Shown here one piece after another: positions 37,790 to 49,980 of a DNA stretch of 64,000 bases. Origin of the DNA: Squalus acanthias (taxonomy: Eukaryota). The position numbers and the translations under genes are program-made. Numbering within the stretch: the stretch's first letter is position 1; each line of letters starts with the position of its first letter. The notes under the pieces were generated by a model. It was not told where the DNA came from. It did not search any database and saw nothing but the letters and a program-made list of their open reading frames with translations. The stretch is taken from the NCBI GenBank assembly GCA_030390025.1, contig JASTWF010000034.1, positions 62,001-126,000 of the forward strand, written 5' to 3'.

Positions 37790-39315
37790 ATGATATTCGT
37801 TAATGAATTGCCAAAAGGACTGGCGTAGAACTGGTATTTAATTGTTTTGTTGGGAAGGTTTCAGGTTTTCTGTTTGAAAGCAGTTTACTTGAAGCTCAAT
37901 TGATTTTCTGATAAGGACTGTGGGAATTTGCACATGGTGATGTATTGGTGGTTATGTAGGAATTTACTTTGAGGTTATTGTCTAGTGTTGGGTGTAGCTG
38001 AAAAGATAAAGTAAATTAACATGGGTAAATTATTGAACGAACGGACGGTCGAGTGAACGAACGGACGAACGATTCGAGTGAACGCATTCATGCATATTGG
38101 AACTTACACTCGATCGAACGAATGATTACTTGTGCAGTGATAGGACGAACGATTCGAGTGAACGCACGCAGGTGCGCACTTAGACTATGCTACGCACGCA
38201 CGCATTCAGACATACATAATGGAACTTACACTCGATCGAACGAACGACCTCTTGGGAGCTAGTGGTCGAACGAACGATTCGAGCGAACGCAAGCATGCAC
38301 ATTGGAACTTACACTCGATCGAACGAATGATCGCGTGGCGAATGATCAGACGAACGATTCGAGCGAACGCACGCAGGCACGCACTTAGACAACTGATACG
38401 CACGCACGCATTCAGACATACATAATGAAACTTACGCTCGATCGAACGAACGAACACTTGAATGAACGAACGAACAATTGAATGAATGATCGAATGATCG
38501 AACGAACAATGCCAGTAGGACTGGTGTAAAACAGGTTTTCTTGGTTTATTGGAATGGATGTTATCTGTGGCATTTGGTTGGATTGTGATGGTGCTGTGTG
38601 TTTGTACACTGGTGTTGAAATGGTTTGTTTTATGTGGATAATATTGGTAAATTATTGAACGAACGGACGCTCGAGTGAACGAACGGACGAACGATTCGAA
38701 CGAACGCATTCATGCATATTGGAACTTACACTCGATCGAACGAATGATCACTTGTGCAGTGATAGGACGAACGATTCGAGCGAACGCACGCAGGCGTGCA
38801 CTTAGGCAAATGCTACGCACGCACGCATTCAGACATATCGCAAGCATGCACATTGGAACTTACACTCGATCGAACGAATGATCACTTGTGCAGTGATAGG
38901 ACGAACGATTCGAGCGAACGCACGCAGGCACGCACTTAGACTATGCTACGCACGCACGCATTCAGACATATCGCAAGCATGCACATTGGAACTTACACTC
39001 GATCGAACGAATGATCGCGTGGTGAATGATCAGACGAACGATTCGAGCGAACGCACGCAGGCGCGCACTTAGACAACTGATACGCACGCACGCATTCAGA
39101 CATACATAATGGAACTTACGTTCGATCGAACGAACGTACGAACGCTTGAATGAACGAACGAATAATTGAATGATCGAATGAACAATGCCAGTAGGACTGG
39201 CATAAAACAGGTTTTCTTGGTTTATTGGAATAAATGTTATCTGTGGCAATTGGTTGGATTATGATGGTGCTATGTGGTTGTACACTGGTGTTGAAATGGT
39301 TTGTTTTATGTGGAG
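37790..39315. repeat. Nested CpG-rich satellite: ~620-680-bp higher-order unit with ~85-130-bp subunits and (GAAC)n/(GCAC)n microrepeats
   Basis: GGTAAATTATTGAACGAACGGACG at ~38024 and ~38646; AACAATGCCAGTAGGACTGG at ~38505 and 39181; GGAACTTACACTCGATCGAACGAA about 8 times. Confidence 0.85.
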
Positions 39316-39450
39316 TTAACTTTGAGATTTATTATAAATCTAAAAAGTTGTGTGGAATTGCTTAAGGGTATTTGTACTGTAAACATTATCGATTATATGT
39401 AAAAGTAATCATTGCATTTATATTAACTATAAGGCTGTTTTTAAGGCTTT

Positions 39451-39890
39451 ATAGAAACATAAACATAGAATCTAGGAGCAGGAGTAGGCCATTCGGCCCG
39501 TCGAGCCTGCTCCGCCATTCAATACGATCATGGCTGATCATCCAAATCCAGTACCCTGTCCCTGCTTTAATCCCCACAGTACACATATCCCACCCTACCC
39601 CCGTAACCCCACGTAACCCCACGTATTTAATTCCCCCTAACATATCCCATCCTATCCCCATAACCCCACATATTTAATCCCCCCTAACACTAAGGGTCAA
39701 TTTATCATAGCCAAATCAACCTAACCCGCACATTTTTGGACTGTGGGAGGAAACCGGAGCACCCGGAGGAAACCCACGCAGACACGGGGAGAATGTGCAA
39801 ACTCCACACAGACAGTCACCCGAGGTCAGATTCGAACCCGGGTCTCTGGCGCTGTGAGGCACCAGTGCTAACCACTATGCCACCGTGTTG
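39451..39890 (-). mobile_element. V-SINE (HE1-like)
   Basis: Same family as 27240-27677. Confidence 0.88.
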
Positions 39891-39978
39891 CCCATGTTTT
39901 ACTGTGATGGATGAATGTAATGGATTTACTATGTAATTGATGAGTTGTATAAGTATTATTGATTTGAATTAAAAGATT

Positions 39979-40320
39979 CACCCCGAGTGCGGCCCCAGGC
40001 CCCATTATTAAAACACTCAACATTATCCGCTTCACAAACACCCGGGGTGGGCCTCAGGCCCCGAACAAGAGCCTCCGGGCCGGGCGTTTGCCCCGAGCGG
40101 GGCGGCAGCTGCGGGGCTTTCCCCCGGTGACAGGCCCGGGTTAACGGCCGCCATCTTGAGAGGCTCAGGGGGCAGCAGGGCGCATGCGCGGCCCCCTTGG
40201 CCAGGAACCAGGAGAGAATCTTGGCAATTTCTATCCTGGACTCACAGTCATGGCTTTTGGAAACTCCTTTTACAGGCTGTGAGAAGGGCAGCATTTACAC
40301 ACCGCAAACTCACACCAACA
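39979..40320 (+). pseudogene. Relic ZNF cassette 5' end (first exon, short intron, acceptor, ~45 bp of finger-exon leader)
   Basis: YY1 and NRF1 motifs, then AAACTCCTTTTACAG acceptor at 40261-40275 and a degenerate leader that is then truncated. Confidence 0.6.
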
Positions 40321-41176
40321 ACAACTTACCTTTATATAGCACCTTTAAAATGTCACAGTAGTGCAGTCAGACAATAATCGACACACATACTTTGTTTGTG
40401 GTCCAGTGCACTGACACAAAGTTCCTTCACAACTGTAACAATGCTATTGCGGTTGCTGTGAAGGCTGCGCTCACTCTGCTCGGACACCTGGTCTCCAAAG
40501 GAGGCAAAACAGGACTAATGCTGCCGAGCTCAGCTCTCCATGTCTTTCCAGTGGCTGAAGGGTCTTTAACCCTGTCAGGGGCGCCCCTGCCACAGGACTC
40601 AATACCCACCCCCTCCACCACTGGTGCACTGGGACTGCAGTATGTACGGTCTACAAGATGACCACGGTCAGGCCGTGTGGAGTCAAAGGTCAGGCAGCAG
40701 AATGGATGGAAAGATCGCAACAAACTTCCCTAACTCCAACCCTCTGATTTCTGTTTTGTAGCCATCTGTCCATCCATTCTGCTGCCTGGCCCTTCACTAC
40801 ACGGCCTGACCTTGGTCATCTTGTCGATCTTACATACTGTTTATGGATAGCAAGCTGGTTAGAAAACAGAGAGTAGGTGTTAAGAGTAGCTACTCAAACT
40901 GGGAAAAGGTGGGAAGTGGTGTTCCACAGGGATTGGTGCTGGGACCACTTTTGTTCATAAACGATTTAGACTCGTGAATCAGAAAAACAATTTCAAAGTT
41001 TGTCGATAACACTAAATTGGGAGGTAGAGTTAATACTGAGGAAGACAAAATGCAAGAAGACATTAATAAATTTCAGAATGTGCGTGTAATTGGCAAATGA
41101 ATTTCACTATAGATCAGTGTGAGGTGGTGTGTTTAGGTGGGAAGAATAAGGAGGCCACTCACTACTTGGACAACAA

Positions 41177-41824
41177 GGGGGTGAAATTGGGTTGCTTTGT
41201 GCCTCCCGCGATATTCAGCGGGAGGTTAGCGGCGGCGGTAGCTGGTAGCGCCCCGCGGCACTGCACCGCCGGCAATGACATCATCGCCATGCGCAGCATC
41301 CTGGCTGCAACCTTGGGTTGTGACCCCTGACCTATCGGCGGACGATATGTCCGACAGGGTCAGGGGTCGTTCCTGCAGCCGTGGCGACGCCACTTAAAGG
41401 GCAGGTGTCGGGCGGCAACTTTTTATTTTGGCCGACTGCCAGCACCTGCCCTCTTCCCCTTTCTTCTTCGGGGTGTCGGCCGCGATCGCTCAGCCCGGCG
41501 CTCCTCTTGATCCGACACCCCGCTCCCCGGTGGTCCAGCAGGGCCCCGGTGTGAGCAGCGCTAGACCCCTCCCCTTTAATCAGGGAGGGAGGTCTGCTAT
41601 GACACGGTGCTATGTGCCGACGGGCGTGGCGCTGTTGCACGAAGCGCCGCGAAATTCACTGGTAGCGCCCCAAGAGGGAGGGGAGCGCTTCCAGTAGCAC
41701 CCCGCCTCCTGCTTGGGGCACTACCACTGAATTTAATGCGCAGGGGCGCTAACTTTTTTGGGGCGCCAAAATTAGCCCCGGCGACGTTAGCGACCCAAAG
41801 GGGGCGCCACCGAATTTTTCCCCC
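41177..41824. mobile_element. Non-autonomous TIR DNA transposon (PIF/Harbinger-like MITE)
   Basis: Left end GGGGGTGAAATTGGGT versus inverted right end GGGGGAAAAATTCGGT; flanks CAA / TAA; interrupts a CR1 fragment; GC-rich interior. Confidence 0.7.
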
Positions 41825-42591
41825 TAAGAGTCTAAATGGGCTGGAGGAGCAGAGGGATCCAGGGATACAGACACACAAATCACTAAAAGTAGCGACACAC
41901 GTTAATAAGGCCATTAAAAAAAAGCACTGAGGTACATTCCTAAAGGAGCCTTCTGTTCCGTGCCCAGGAGCTCTGAACCATGGCAGAGAGCGGCTGGGAC
42001 ACGTTTCTCACAGGCCTCGAGATTAACCTGCACGGCGACTTTGCTGTCAGTGAAGAGAGACGAGAAAGACCAAAGTGCCGTTTGCCCCTCTCAGTGTGGC
42101 CCTGAAGGACTGTGTCCAGGCTGAAGTTCTGTTCCCGCCGTACGATCCTCCCCCAGATTGTCCTTTCTGAGCTCCAGCCAGGTGATGCTAAACACTCAGG
42201 TGGGAAAGAAGAAAATCTACAACAATGTGTTTAAAACAAAGCTGGTTTATTTGACATCTATCCAAAATATTAAACTCCAGCCCAGTTACAGGAGTTAATA
42301 ACATCAGCAGAAACAAGCTCCAACTGTCAGAATGAACATGGTTCAGTCCTGGATGTGATTAACAGCAGCAGTAACAGCAGAATCCAACCCCTGCAGTCAC
42401 TTGTGAACTCGCTGGTGTCTCAGCAGGGTGGGATGAACGAATGAAACCCTTCCCACACACGGAGCAGGTGAACGGCCTCTCCCCAGTGTGAACTCGCTGG
42501 TGTCTCAGCAGGGTGGATGAACGAGTGAATCCCTTCCCACACACGGAGCAGGTGAACGGTCTCTCCCCAGTGTGAACACGTTGATGGAATG

Positions 42592-43851
42592 TCAATTCCC
42601 CGGAACTTTTATAGCACTTCCCACAGTCCAAGCATTTAAAAGGTCATCAGTGTGTGTGTGCTGATGATTCAGCAGGTGGGATGACTGAGTGAATCCCTTC
42701 CCACACTCAGAGCAGCTGAACGGCCTCTCCCCAGTGTGAACTCGCTGGTGTCTCAGCAGATGCGTTTTGGTTTTAAATCTCTTCTCACAGTCAGAACATT
42801 TAAAAGGTCTCTTATCAGTGTGAACAAGTTGGTGTTCAAGCAGGTGGGATGAACGACTGAATCCGATCCCACACTCAGAGCAGGTGAACGGCCTCTCCCC
42901 AGTGTGAGTGCGCTGGTGTGTCAGAAGGTGGGATGACTGAGTGAATTTCTTCTCACACACGGAGCAGGTGAATGGCCTCTCCCCAGTGTGAGTACGCTGG
43001 TGTTCAGTGAGGTCAGATGATCGCCTGAACCCAGTCCCACAGTGAGAGCACCTGAACGGTCTCTCGTCAGTGTGAACTCGCCGGTGTTTCAGCAGGGTGG
43101 ATGACTGAGTGAATCCCTTCCCACACACGGGGCAGGTGAATGGCCTCTCCCCAGTGTGAGTGCACTGGTGTGTCAGAAGGTTGGGTGACTGAGTGAATCG
43201 CTTCCTACACACTGAACAGGTGAACGGCCTCTCCCCAGTGTGAGTGCGCTGGTGGACAGTGAGGTCAGATGATCGCCTCAACCCAGTCCCGCAGTGAGAG
43301 CACCTGAACGGTCTCTCGTCAGTGTGAATAAGTTGATGGCATGTCAGTTCCCTGGAACTTTTAAAGCAGTTCCCACAGTTCAAGCAGTTAAAAGGTCTCT
43401 CATCAGTATGAACTCGCTGGTGATTCAGTAGGTAGGATGACTCAGTGAATCCCTTCCCACATTCAGAGCAGGTGAACGGCCTCTCCCCAGTGTGAACATG
43501 CTGGTGTCTCAGTAGGTGAGATGACTGAGAGAATCCCTTCCCACACACAGGGCAGGTGAACAGCCTCTCCCCGGTGTGAAGTCGCTGGTGAGTCAGCAGG
43601 TTGGATGACTGAGTGAATCCCTTCCCACACATGGAGCAGGTGAACGGCCTCTCCCCAGTGTGAGTGTGCTGGTGTGTCAGCAGGTCGGATGAACGAGTGA
43701 ATCCCTTCCCACACTCAGAGCAGGTGAACGGCCTCTCCCCGGTGTGACTGCGCTTGTGTCTCGATAGGCCAGATGATTGGCTGAATCCTCGTCCACACAC
43801 AGAACATGTGTACGGTTTCTCCCCGCTGTGAACAGTGCTTTTTGCTTCCAT
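42592..43851 (-). CDS. C2H2 zinc-finger protein, 14 in-frame fingers (class B); 3 more fingers lie behind frameshifts, ancestral stop at 42397
   Basis: AACATGG start at 43851, [16 protein letters not shown]...; acceptor at 43958; 4-bp deletion near 42645 and +1 insertion near 42430; reverse AATAAA near 42246. Confidence 0.8.
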   Translation of the reverse strand: MEAKSTVHSGEKPYTCSVCGRGFSQSSGLSRHKRSHTGERPFTCSECGKGFTRSSDLLTHQHTHTGERPFTCSMCGKGFTQSSNLLTHQRLHTGERLFTCPVCGKGFSQSSHLLRHQHVHTGERPFTCSECGKGFTESSYLLNHQRVHTDERPFNCLNCGNCFKSSRELTCHQLIHTDERPFRCSHCGTGLRRSSDLTVHQRTHTGERPFTCSVCRKRFTQSPNLLTHQCTHTGERPFTCPVCGKGFTQSSTLLKHRRVHTDERPFRCSHCGTGFRRSSDLTEHQRTHTGERPFTCSVCEKKFTQSSHLLTHQRTHTGERPFTCSECGIGFSRSSHLLEHQLVHTDKRPFKCSDCEKRFKTKTHLLRHQRVHTGERPFSCSECGKGFTQSSHLLNHQHTHTDDLLNAWTVGSAIKVPGN

Positions 43852-44249
43852 GTTCAGAGGCCGGTGATATTCAGATCCGATGAGTCGAGTGACTGTCAGA
43901 TCTTGACGTGATGTTTGGTTTGAGCTTACCGACTGCAAATCCTCCCCTTCTAATACCCTGTAAAATTAATTTAAAACAGGGAGCGTGAGAGAGAACCCAC
44001 AAGAAAACAAAGGCAGGTTGTGAAATTGAGCTCAGTGAATCTGGTCATTTGTGGGGCCGGCACTAGAAAAAAGTCACCATGAAAGCTGCCGGATTGTCAT
44101 AAAAACCCAACTGGTTCACTGATGTCCTTCAGAGCAGGGAACCCGCCACCTGGTCTGGGCCTACACAAGACTCTGGCCTCTATGGGAGGAGAGAGAGAGA
44201 GAGAGAGAGGTGGGAGTGGGAGGGGAGGAGAGGGGGCGAAGGAAAGGAA

Positions 44250-44580
44250 CTTTATACATCTGCAACTCGACCAGAACTTTGACGGAACTCCAAAACCCGC
44301 TACCTCCACCACTTAGAAGGACAAGGGCAGCTATTGCATGGGAGCATCATCACCTCCAAGTTTCCCTCCAAGTCACACACCATCCTGACTTAGACATATT
44401 CATCGTTGCTGGGTCAAAATCCCGGAATTCCTTACCGAACAACATTGTGGGAGCACCTTCACCACACGGACTGCAGCAGTTCAAGAAGGTGACTCACCAC
44501 CCCCTTCTCAACGGGTAACTGGGGATTGGCAATATTTGCTGCTCTTGCGAGTGACGCCCACATCCCAAGAATGAATTAAA
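44250..44580 (+). mobile_element. 3' end of the second LINE family (as 13150-13450)
   Basis: Reverse-complement similarity to 13150-13430. Confidence 0.65.
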
Positions 44581-44869
44581 ACAAATCTGTATATGTAAAC
44601 TGAATTCACAGCCTCTACAGAAATACTTGTTCCTGAAACAATACTCTTTTACATTGCGGGGACAGTGTCTGCTTAGCAACCTAATCTCCCCCAGAATCCA
44701 CCTGCCTTGACAGTCTCACATTGGAAATTGTTGGGTCCTCCTGGGCTCAGAAGTACTGGGGGTTAAACCCAGCAGCTTCTCCTCCATCTCCACTCCAGCT
44801 CAAAATGAGGCAACAAAAAGACCTACACAGGCGGCCAGGGACCGACCTTCCGTCAGCCTGCAATAAAAC

Positions 44870-45150
44870 TCTTCCCCACAGCCGCTGACTAATGGCGGCC
44901 GCAGCACCCACAATTCCCCACGCCCCAGAAACCGCTCTATCCAAGGCGCTGATTTCCCCGCTGAGAGTGCGCATGCTCCCCGGGGCCGCGGGCCATTCTG
45001 GGAGCCTGGCTCCTGTCCTTTGTCCCGAGTCGGACTCGGTGGAACCGGCTGAAGAAACCGGGAAGCGGCGGCTCGGATGGGGGAGGCGCTGCACCCTGGG
45101 TTTCCTGGTGCCAGGGCCCTGGCCGCACGTCCGCCGGGCCCGGCCATTCT
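44870..45150 (-). promoter_or_regulatory. Class B CpG promoter, probably for the minus-strand ZNF
   Basis: ZNF143/SBS-like CCCACAATTCCC ~44908; YY1-like AATGGCGGC ~44891; GCGCATGC; homologous to 51352-51400. Confidence 0.55.
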
Positions 45151-46206
45151 GATTCTGATTGAGTTTTTTGATGAGGTAACAGAGAGGGTTGATAAGGGCG
45201 ATGCGGTTGACGTGGTGTACCTGGATTTCCAAAAGGCGTTCGACAAGTGCCACATAATAGGCTTGCCAGCAAAGTTGAAGCTCATGGAATAAAAGGGACA
45301 GTGGCAGCATGGATATGAAACTGGCTAAGTGACAGAAAACAGAGAATAGTGGTGAGCGGTTGTTTTTCGGACTGGAGGAAGGTACACAGTGGTGTGCCCC
45401 AGGGGTCGGTACTAGGACCACTGCTTTACTTGACATATATTAATGACTTAGACTTGAGTGTACAGGGTACAGTTTCAAAATTTGCAGATGACACAAAACT
45501 TGGAAGTATAGTGAACAGTGAGGAAGATACTGATAGACTTCAAGAGGACATAGACAGGCTGGTGGAATGGGTGGACACGTGGCAGATGAAATTTAATGCA
45601 GAAAAGTGCGAAGTAATACATTTTGGTCGGAAGAACGAGGAGAGGCAATATAAACTAAAGGGTACAATTCTAAAGTGGGTGCATGAACAGAGAGACCTGG
45701 GGGTATGTGTGCACAAATCATTGAAGGTGGCAGGGCAGGTTGAGAAAGCGGTTAAAAAAGCATACGGGATCCTGGGCTTTATAAATAGAGAGGTCGCACA
45801 ACACCAGGTTATAGTCCAACAGTTTTATTTGAAATCACAAGCTTTCGGAGCTATCGATTGCCCCTTCCTCAGGTGAAGTAAATTAGATACAGAATCGCCA
45901 AAGCATATATAGAAAGAGAACAAAGCATGTGTACCTTACAATTGTAGACCACTAAATTAAATCATCCTGACTATCTGCCGAGGTGTGATAAAGTTAATCA
46001 AGTCAGCCAGGAAGGTACCACATCAAAGACATAGCAAGATACAACTGAGACAATGAGGTGTAGTCGCAGGGGTTCTAACGTGTCAAAAGCTGCCGTCTGT
46101 ATGTAAAACGAAAAGCTTTAAAATTTTTACTTTTTTACTGGGAAAATTTTTACTTTTTTACTGGGAATCACATCTGTGAACAAGCCAACGACGACTCGAG
46201 TCCGGA

Positions 46207-48351
46207 TCACGTCATGTATCGTGACATAAACCCAAGATCCCGGTTGAGACCGTCTTCATGAGTGCGGAACTTGGCTATCAGTTTCTGCTCGATGATTTTG
46301 CGTTGTCGTGTGTTTCTAAGGTTGCCTTGGAGAACGCTTACCCGCAGATCCGAGGCTGAATGTCCTTGACTGCTGAAGTGTTCCCCGACTGGGAGGTAAC
46401 AATCCTGCCTGGCGATTGTTGCGCGGTGCTCGTTCATACGTTGTCTCAGTGTCTGCATGGTCTCGCCGATGTACCATGCCGCGGTGCATTCTTTCCTGCA
46501 ACGTATGAGGTAGACAACGTTGGCCGAGTCACATGAGTATGTACCATGTACCTGGTGGTTAGTGTCCTCACGTGTGATGGTGGTATCTGTGTTGATGATC
46601 TGGCATGTCTTGCAGAGTTTGCCTTGGCAGGGTTGTGTGGTGTCGTGGTCGCTGTTATCCTGAAAGCTGGGTAATTTGCTGCGAACGATGGTACTTCTGA
46701 GGTTAGGCGGCTGTTTGAAGGCAAGTAGTGGAGGCGTGGGGATGGCCTTAGCGAGGTGTTTGTCGTCATCGATGACATGTTGAAGGCTGCGAAGAACATG
46801 GCGTAGTTTCTCCGCTCCGGGGAAGTACTGGACGACGTAGGGTACCCTGTTGGTTGTGTCCCGTGTTTGCCTTCTGAGGAGGTCTATGCGATTTTTCGCT
46901 GTGGCCCGTCGGAACTGTCGATCGATGAGTCGAGCGTCATATCCCGTTCTTACGAGGGCGTTTTTCAGCGTCCGTAGGTGTCCATCGCGTTCCTCCTCGT
47001 CTGAGCAGATCCTGTGTATTCGCAGGGCTTGTCCATAGGGGATGGCTTCTTTAACATGGTTAGGGTGGAAGCTGGAGAAGTGGAGCATCGTGAGGTTGTC
47101 CGTGGGCTTGCGGTAGAGTGAAGTGCTGAGGTGTCCGTCTTTGATGGAGATTCGTGTGTCCAGGAATGAAACCGATTCTGAGGAGTAGTCCATGGTGAGT
47201 TTGATGGTGGGATGGAACTTGTTTATGTTATCGTGTAGTCTTTTCAGTGATCCTTCGCCATGGGTCCAAAGGAAGAAAATGTCGTCGATGTATCTGGTGT
47301 ACAGCGTTGGCTGGAGGTCCTGTGCAGCGAAGAAGTCTTGCTCGAACTTGTGCATGAAGATGTTGGCGTATTGGGGTGCGAATTTGGTCCCCATGGCTGT
47401 TCCGTGTGTTTGGGTAAAAAAATGGTTGTCGAAGGTGAAGACATTGTGGTCAAGGATGAAGCGGATGAGTTGTAGGATGGCGTCTGGAGATTGGCTGTTG
47501 TTGATGTTGAGTACTGAGGCTGTTGCAGCGATGCCGTCATCGTGGGGGATACTGGTGTAGAGTGCCGATACGTCCATCGTGGCAAGGAGTGTTCCTGGTT
47601 CAACTGGTCCGTGGGTGCTGAGTTTCTGTAAGAAGTCTGTAGTGTCGCGACAGAAGCTGGGGGTTCCCTGTACGATGGGTTTCAGAATGCCCTCGACGTA
47701 TCCAGAGAGGTTCTCACACAGGGTTCCATTGCCTGATACGATAGGACGTCCGGGTGTGTTGGCTTTGTGTATCTTTGGGAGGCAGTAGAAGTCTCCCACG
47801 CGGGGAGTACGTGGGATGAGAGCGCGTAGGATGTTTTGAAGGTCTGGATCGAAGGTCTTGATCAGTCTATTGAGTTGGCGGGTGTGTTCTTTGGTCGGAT
47901 CTGCGGGTAGCTGTCTGTAGTGTTCCTGGTTGTCCAGTTGTCGGTATGCTTCTTTACAATAGTCCGTTCTGTTCTGTATGACGATGGCTCCTCCTTTGTC
48001 CGCTGGTTTGATGACAATGTTGCGGTTGGTCTTGAGAGCGTGGATGGCGTTGCGTTGTGCTCGGGTGACATTCTGGACTGTCTTGTGAGTGCGGCTGATG
48101 AATCTGGCGTTGATGCATCTCCTGACAGCTTGAGCATACATGTCAAGCTTGGGGCAGCGACCCTCCGGAGGGGTCCAGTTTGACTCTTTTTTCTTCGGTT
48201 GCTGCACTGCGAGTCCCTCTGTCTGCTGTTCTGGATCATTGATTGTCTCATTGGGTTTGTTGCTGACATCTTGGGATTTGTGGAAGTATTCCCGGAGCCT
48301 CATTCTCCTGATGAATTCCTCCGTGTCTGCCGCGAGACCGATGGGGTCCAT
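46207..48351 (-). CDS. Penelope-type reverse transcriptase / GIY-YIG endonuclease (714 aa open, N-terminus truncated)
   Basis: KPADKGG, FYCLPKIHK, MDVSALYTSIPH, GTAMGT, RYIDD, CQGKLCKTC linker, VVYLIRC...WYIGET, HEDGLN. Confidence 0.93.
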   Translation of the reverse strand: MDPIGLAADTEEFIRRMRLREYFHKSQDVSNKPNETINDPEQQTEGLAVQQPKKKESNWTPPEGRCPKLDMYAQAVRRCINARFISRTHKTVQNVTRAQRNAIHALKTNRNIVIKPADKGGAIVIQNRTDYCKEAYRQLDNQEHYRQLPADPTKEHTRQLNRLIKTFDPDLQNILRALIPRTPRVGDFYCLPKIHKANTPGRPIVSGNGTLCENLSGYVEGILKPIVQGTPSFCRDTTDFLQKLSTHGPVEPGTLLATMDVSALYTSIPHDDGIAATASVLNINNSQSPDAILQLIRFILDHNVFTFDNHFFTQTHGTAMGTKFAPQYANIFMHKFEQDFFAAQDLQPTLYTRYIDDIFFLWTHGEGSLKRLHDNINKFHPTIKLTMDYSSESVSFLDTRISIKDGHLSTSLYRKPTDNLTMLHFSSFHPNHVKEAIPYGQALRIHRICSDEEERDGHLRTLKNALVRTGYDARLIDRQFRRATAKNRIDLLRRQTRDTTNRVPYVVQYFPGAEKLRHVLRSLQHVIDDDKHLAKAIPTPPLLAFKQPPNLRSTIVRSKLPSFQDNSDHDTTQPCQGKLCKTCQIINTDTTITREDTNHQVHGTYSCDSANVVYLIRCRKECTAAWYIGETMQTLRQRMNEHRATIARQDCYLPVGEHFSSQGHSASDLRVSVLQGNLRNTRQRKIIEQKLIAKFRTHEDGLNRDLGFMSRYMT

Positions 48352-48505
48352 TTTGGTGGTTGGGCAGAACTTGAGCCCTAGGGCGAGAACTTCGATTTCG
48401 TCTGGTTGATAGTCAGGATGATTTAATTTAGTGGTCTACAATTGTAAGGTACACATGCTTTGTTCTCTTTCTATATATGCTTTGGCGATTCTGTATCTAA
48501 TTTAC

Positions 48506-48549
48506 TTCACCTGAGGAAGGGGCAATCGATAGCTCCGAAAGCTTGTGAT
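48506..48549 (+). ncRNA. Minimal hammerhead ribozyme in the pLTR (mirror copy 45835-45877, minus)
   Basis: TCAC-CTGAGGA-A-GGGGC AATCGATA GCTCC-GAAA-GCTT-GTGA: conserved core, stem II, palindromic AAGCTT stem III, stem I TCAC/GTGA. Confidence 0.82.
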
Positions 48550-49266
48550 TTCAAATAAAACTGTTGGACTATAACCTGGTGTTGTGCGACCTCTCAATTT
48601 TGTCCACCCCAGTCCAACACCGGCATCTCCGCTTTATAAATAGAGGCATAGAGTCCAAAAGCAAGGAAGTTATGATGAACCTTTATAAAACACTGGTTCG
48701 GTCTCAACTGGAGTATTGTCTCCAATTCTGGGCACCGCACTTTATGAAGGATGTGAAGGCCTTAGAGATGGTGCAGAAAAAATTTACAAGAATGGTTCCA
48801 GGGATCAGGGACTTCAGTTATGTGGATAGACTGGAGAAGCTGGGGTTGTTCTCCTTAGAGCAGAGAAGGTTGAGAGGATATTTGATTGAGGTGTTCAAAA
48901 TCATGAGGGTTCTGGACAGAGTAGATAGAGAGAAACTGTTCCCATTGGCGGAAGGGTCGAGAATTAGAGGATTTAAGGTGATTGGCAGAAGAACCAAAGG
49001 CAACATGAGGAAATTTTTTTTTTGCAGCGAGTGGTTAGGATCTGGAATGCACTGCCTGAAAGGGTGGTGGAGGCAGATTCAATCACGGCTTTCAAAAGGG
49101 AATTGGATAAGTACCTGAAGGAAAGAAATTTGCAGGGCTGTGGGGAAAGGGCGGGGAGTGGGACTAGCTGAAGTGATCTTGCAGAGAGCCGGCACGGGCT
49201 CGACGGGCTGAATGGCCTCCTTCTGTGCTGTAACCATTCTATGATTCTGGAAAATATTAGAAAGTT

Positions 49267-49980
49267 TGTGCCACAGAAGCACGGGTTTATCTGCTTTTAT
49301 TCATGAATTTAAAAAGTCTGTATTAAAACCTGAGCCAGTGTGTTGTGAGACAAAGAGCCTTGTGTCCAATAAGGGGAATAAAGGCCCACAGCCTCCCCTG
49401 GCCCCGGGCCCTGAACAAGGGACTGGAGAAACTCGCTGCCCCGCGGATCAGACAATCAGCCGGCGCTAGTCCCGCCCCTCGGGCTCCCCGATTGGTTGGA
49501 GGACCCGCCGCCGGCTCGGTCCTCCAGCCCCGCCCCGCTCGCTCCCTATTGGTCCAGACCTCCCGTCAATCAGGCCGCGGGCCTGGGTCACGTGACCCCG
49601 AGGAGATCACGTGCTCCATCCAACTGACTCCGCTCCATCCGGGGCCTCGCGGACTCTGAGGTTTTTCTATTTCTCTTTATTCTCTCCCGATCCACCCCTC
49701 TCCCCCACCCCGCGCGATTCACCACCCAATCGGAGCGGAGAAAACTCACTTTGTGTCACCGATCGCGACTCGAAAACCGACACAAAGGCCTTTCCCCGGA
49801 ATCCCCCCGCGCCGACTCTGTCCAACAGGATCCGAATGCGCAGGCGCAGCTCCGAGTGGGGGAGGGGGGTTGGTGTCCTCTGGGCATGCGCGGTTGTTAC
49901 CCTTGGTCACCGGGAGGGGGCGCTGTGCTGGTTTGGCCCAAACCGCCGTTCCGTGTGCGCATGCGCGGACTCTCGGCTGT
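49267..49980. promoter_or_regulatory. CpG promoter; 49267-49595 is duplicated at ~57428-57755
   Basis: GC boxes, ATTGG, E-box palindrome GTCACGTGAC 49587-49596, several NRF1-like GCGCATGCGC motifs. Confidence 0.6.

Larger units (their letters stand above)
45791..48630 (-). mobile_element. Young Penelope-like element (Neptune-type, family 2) with inverted pLTR
   Basis: 15-bp TSD GCTTTATAAATAGAG at 45776 and 48631; ~188-bp inverted arms 45788-45975 and 48408-48595 plus a 35-nt extension. Confidence 0.95.
45155..49250 (+). mobile_element. 5'-truncated CR1 LINE (45155-45790 and 48631-49250) split by a Penelope element
   Basis: YLDFQKAFD, GVPQGS, FADD...AYGILGFINR resumes after the insert as FINRGIESKSKEV. 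Confidence 0.9.
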
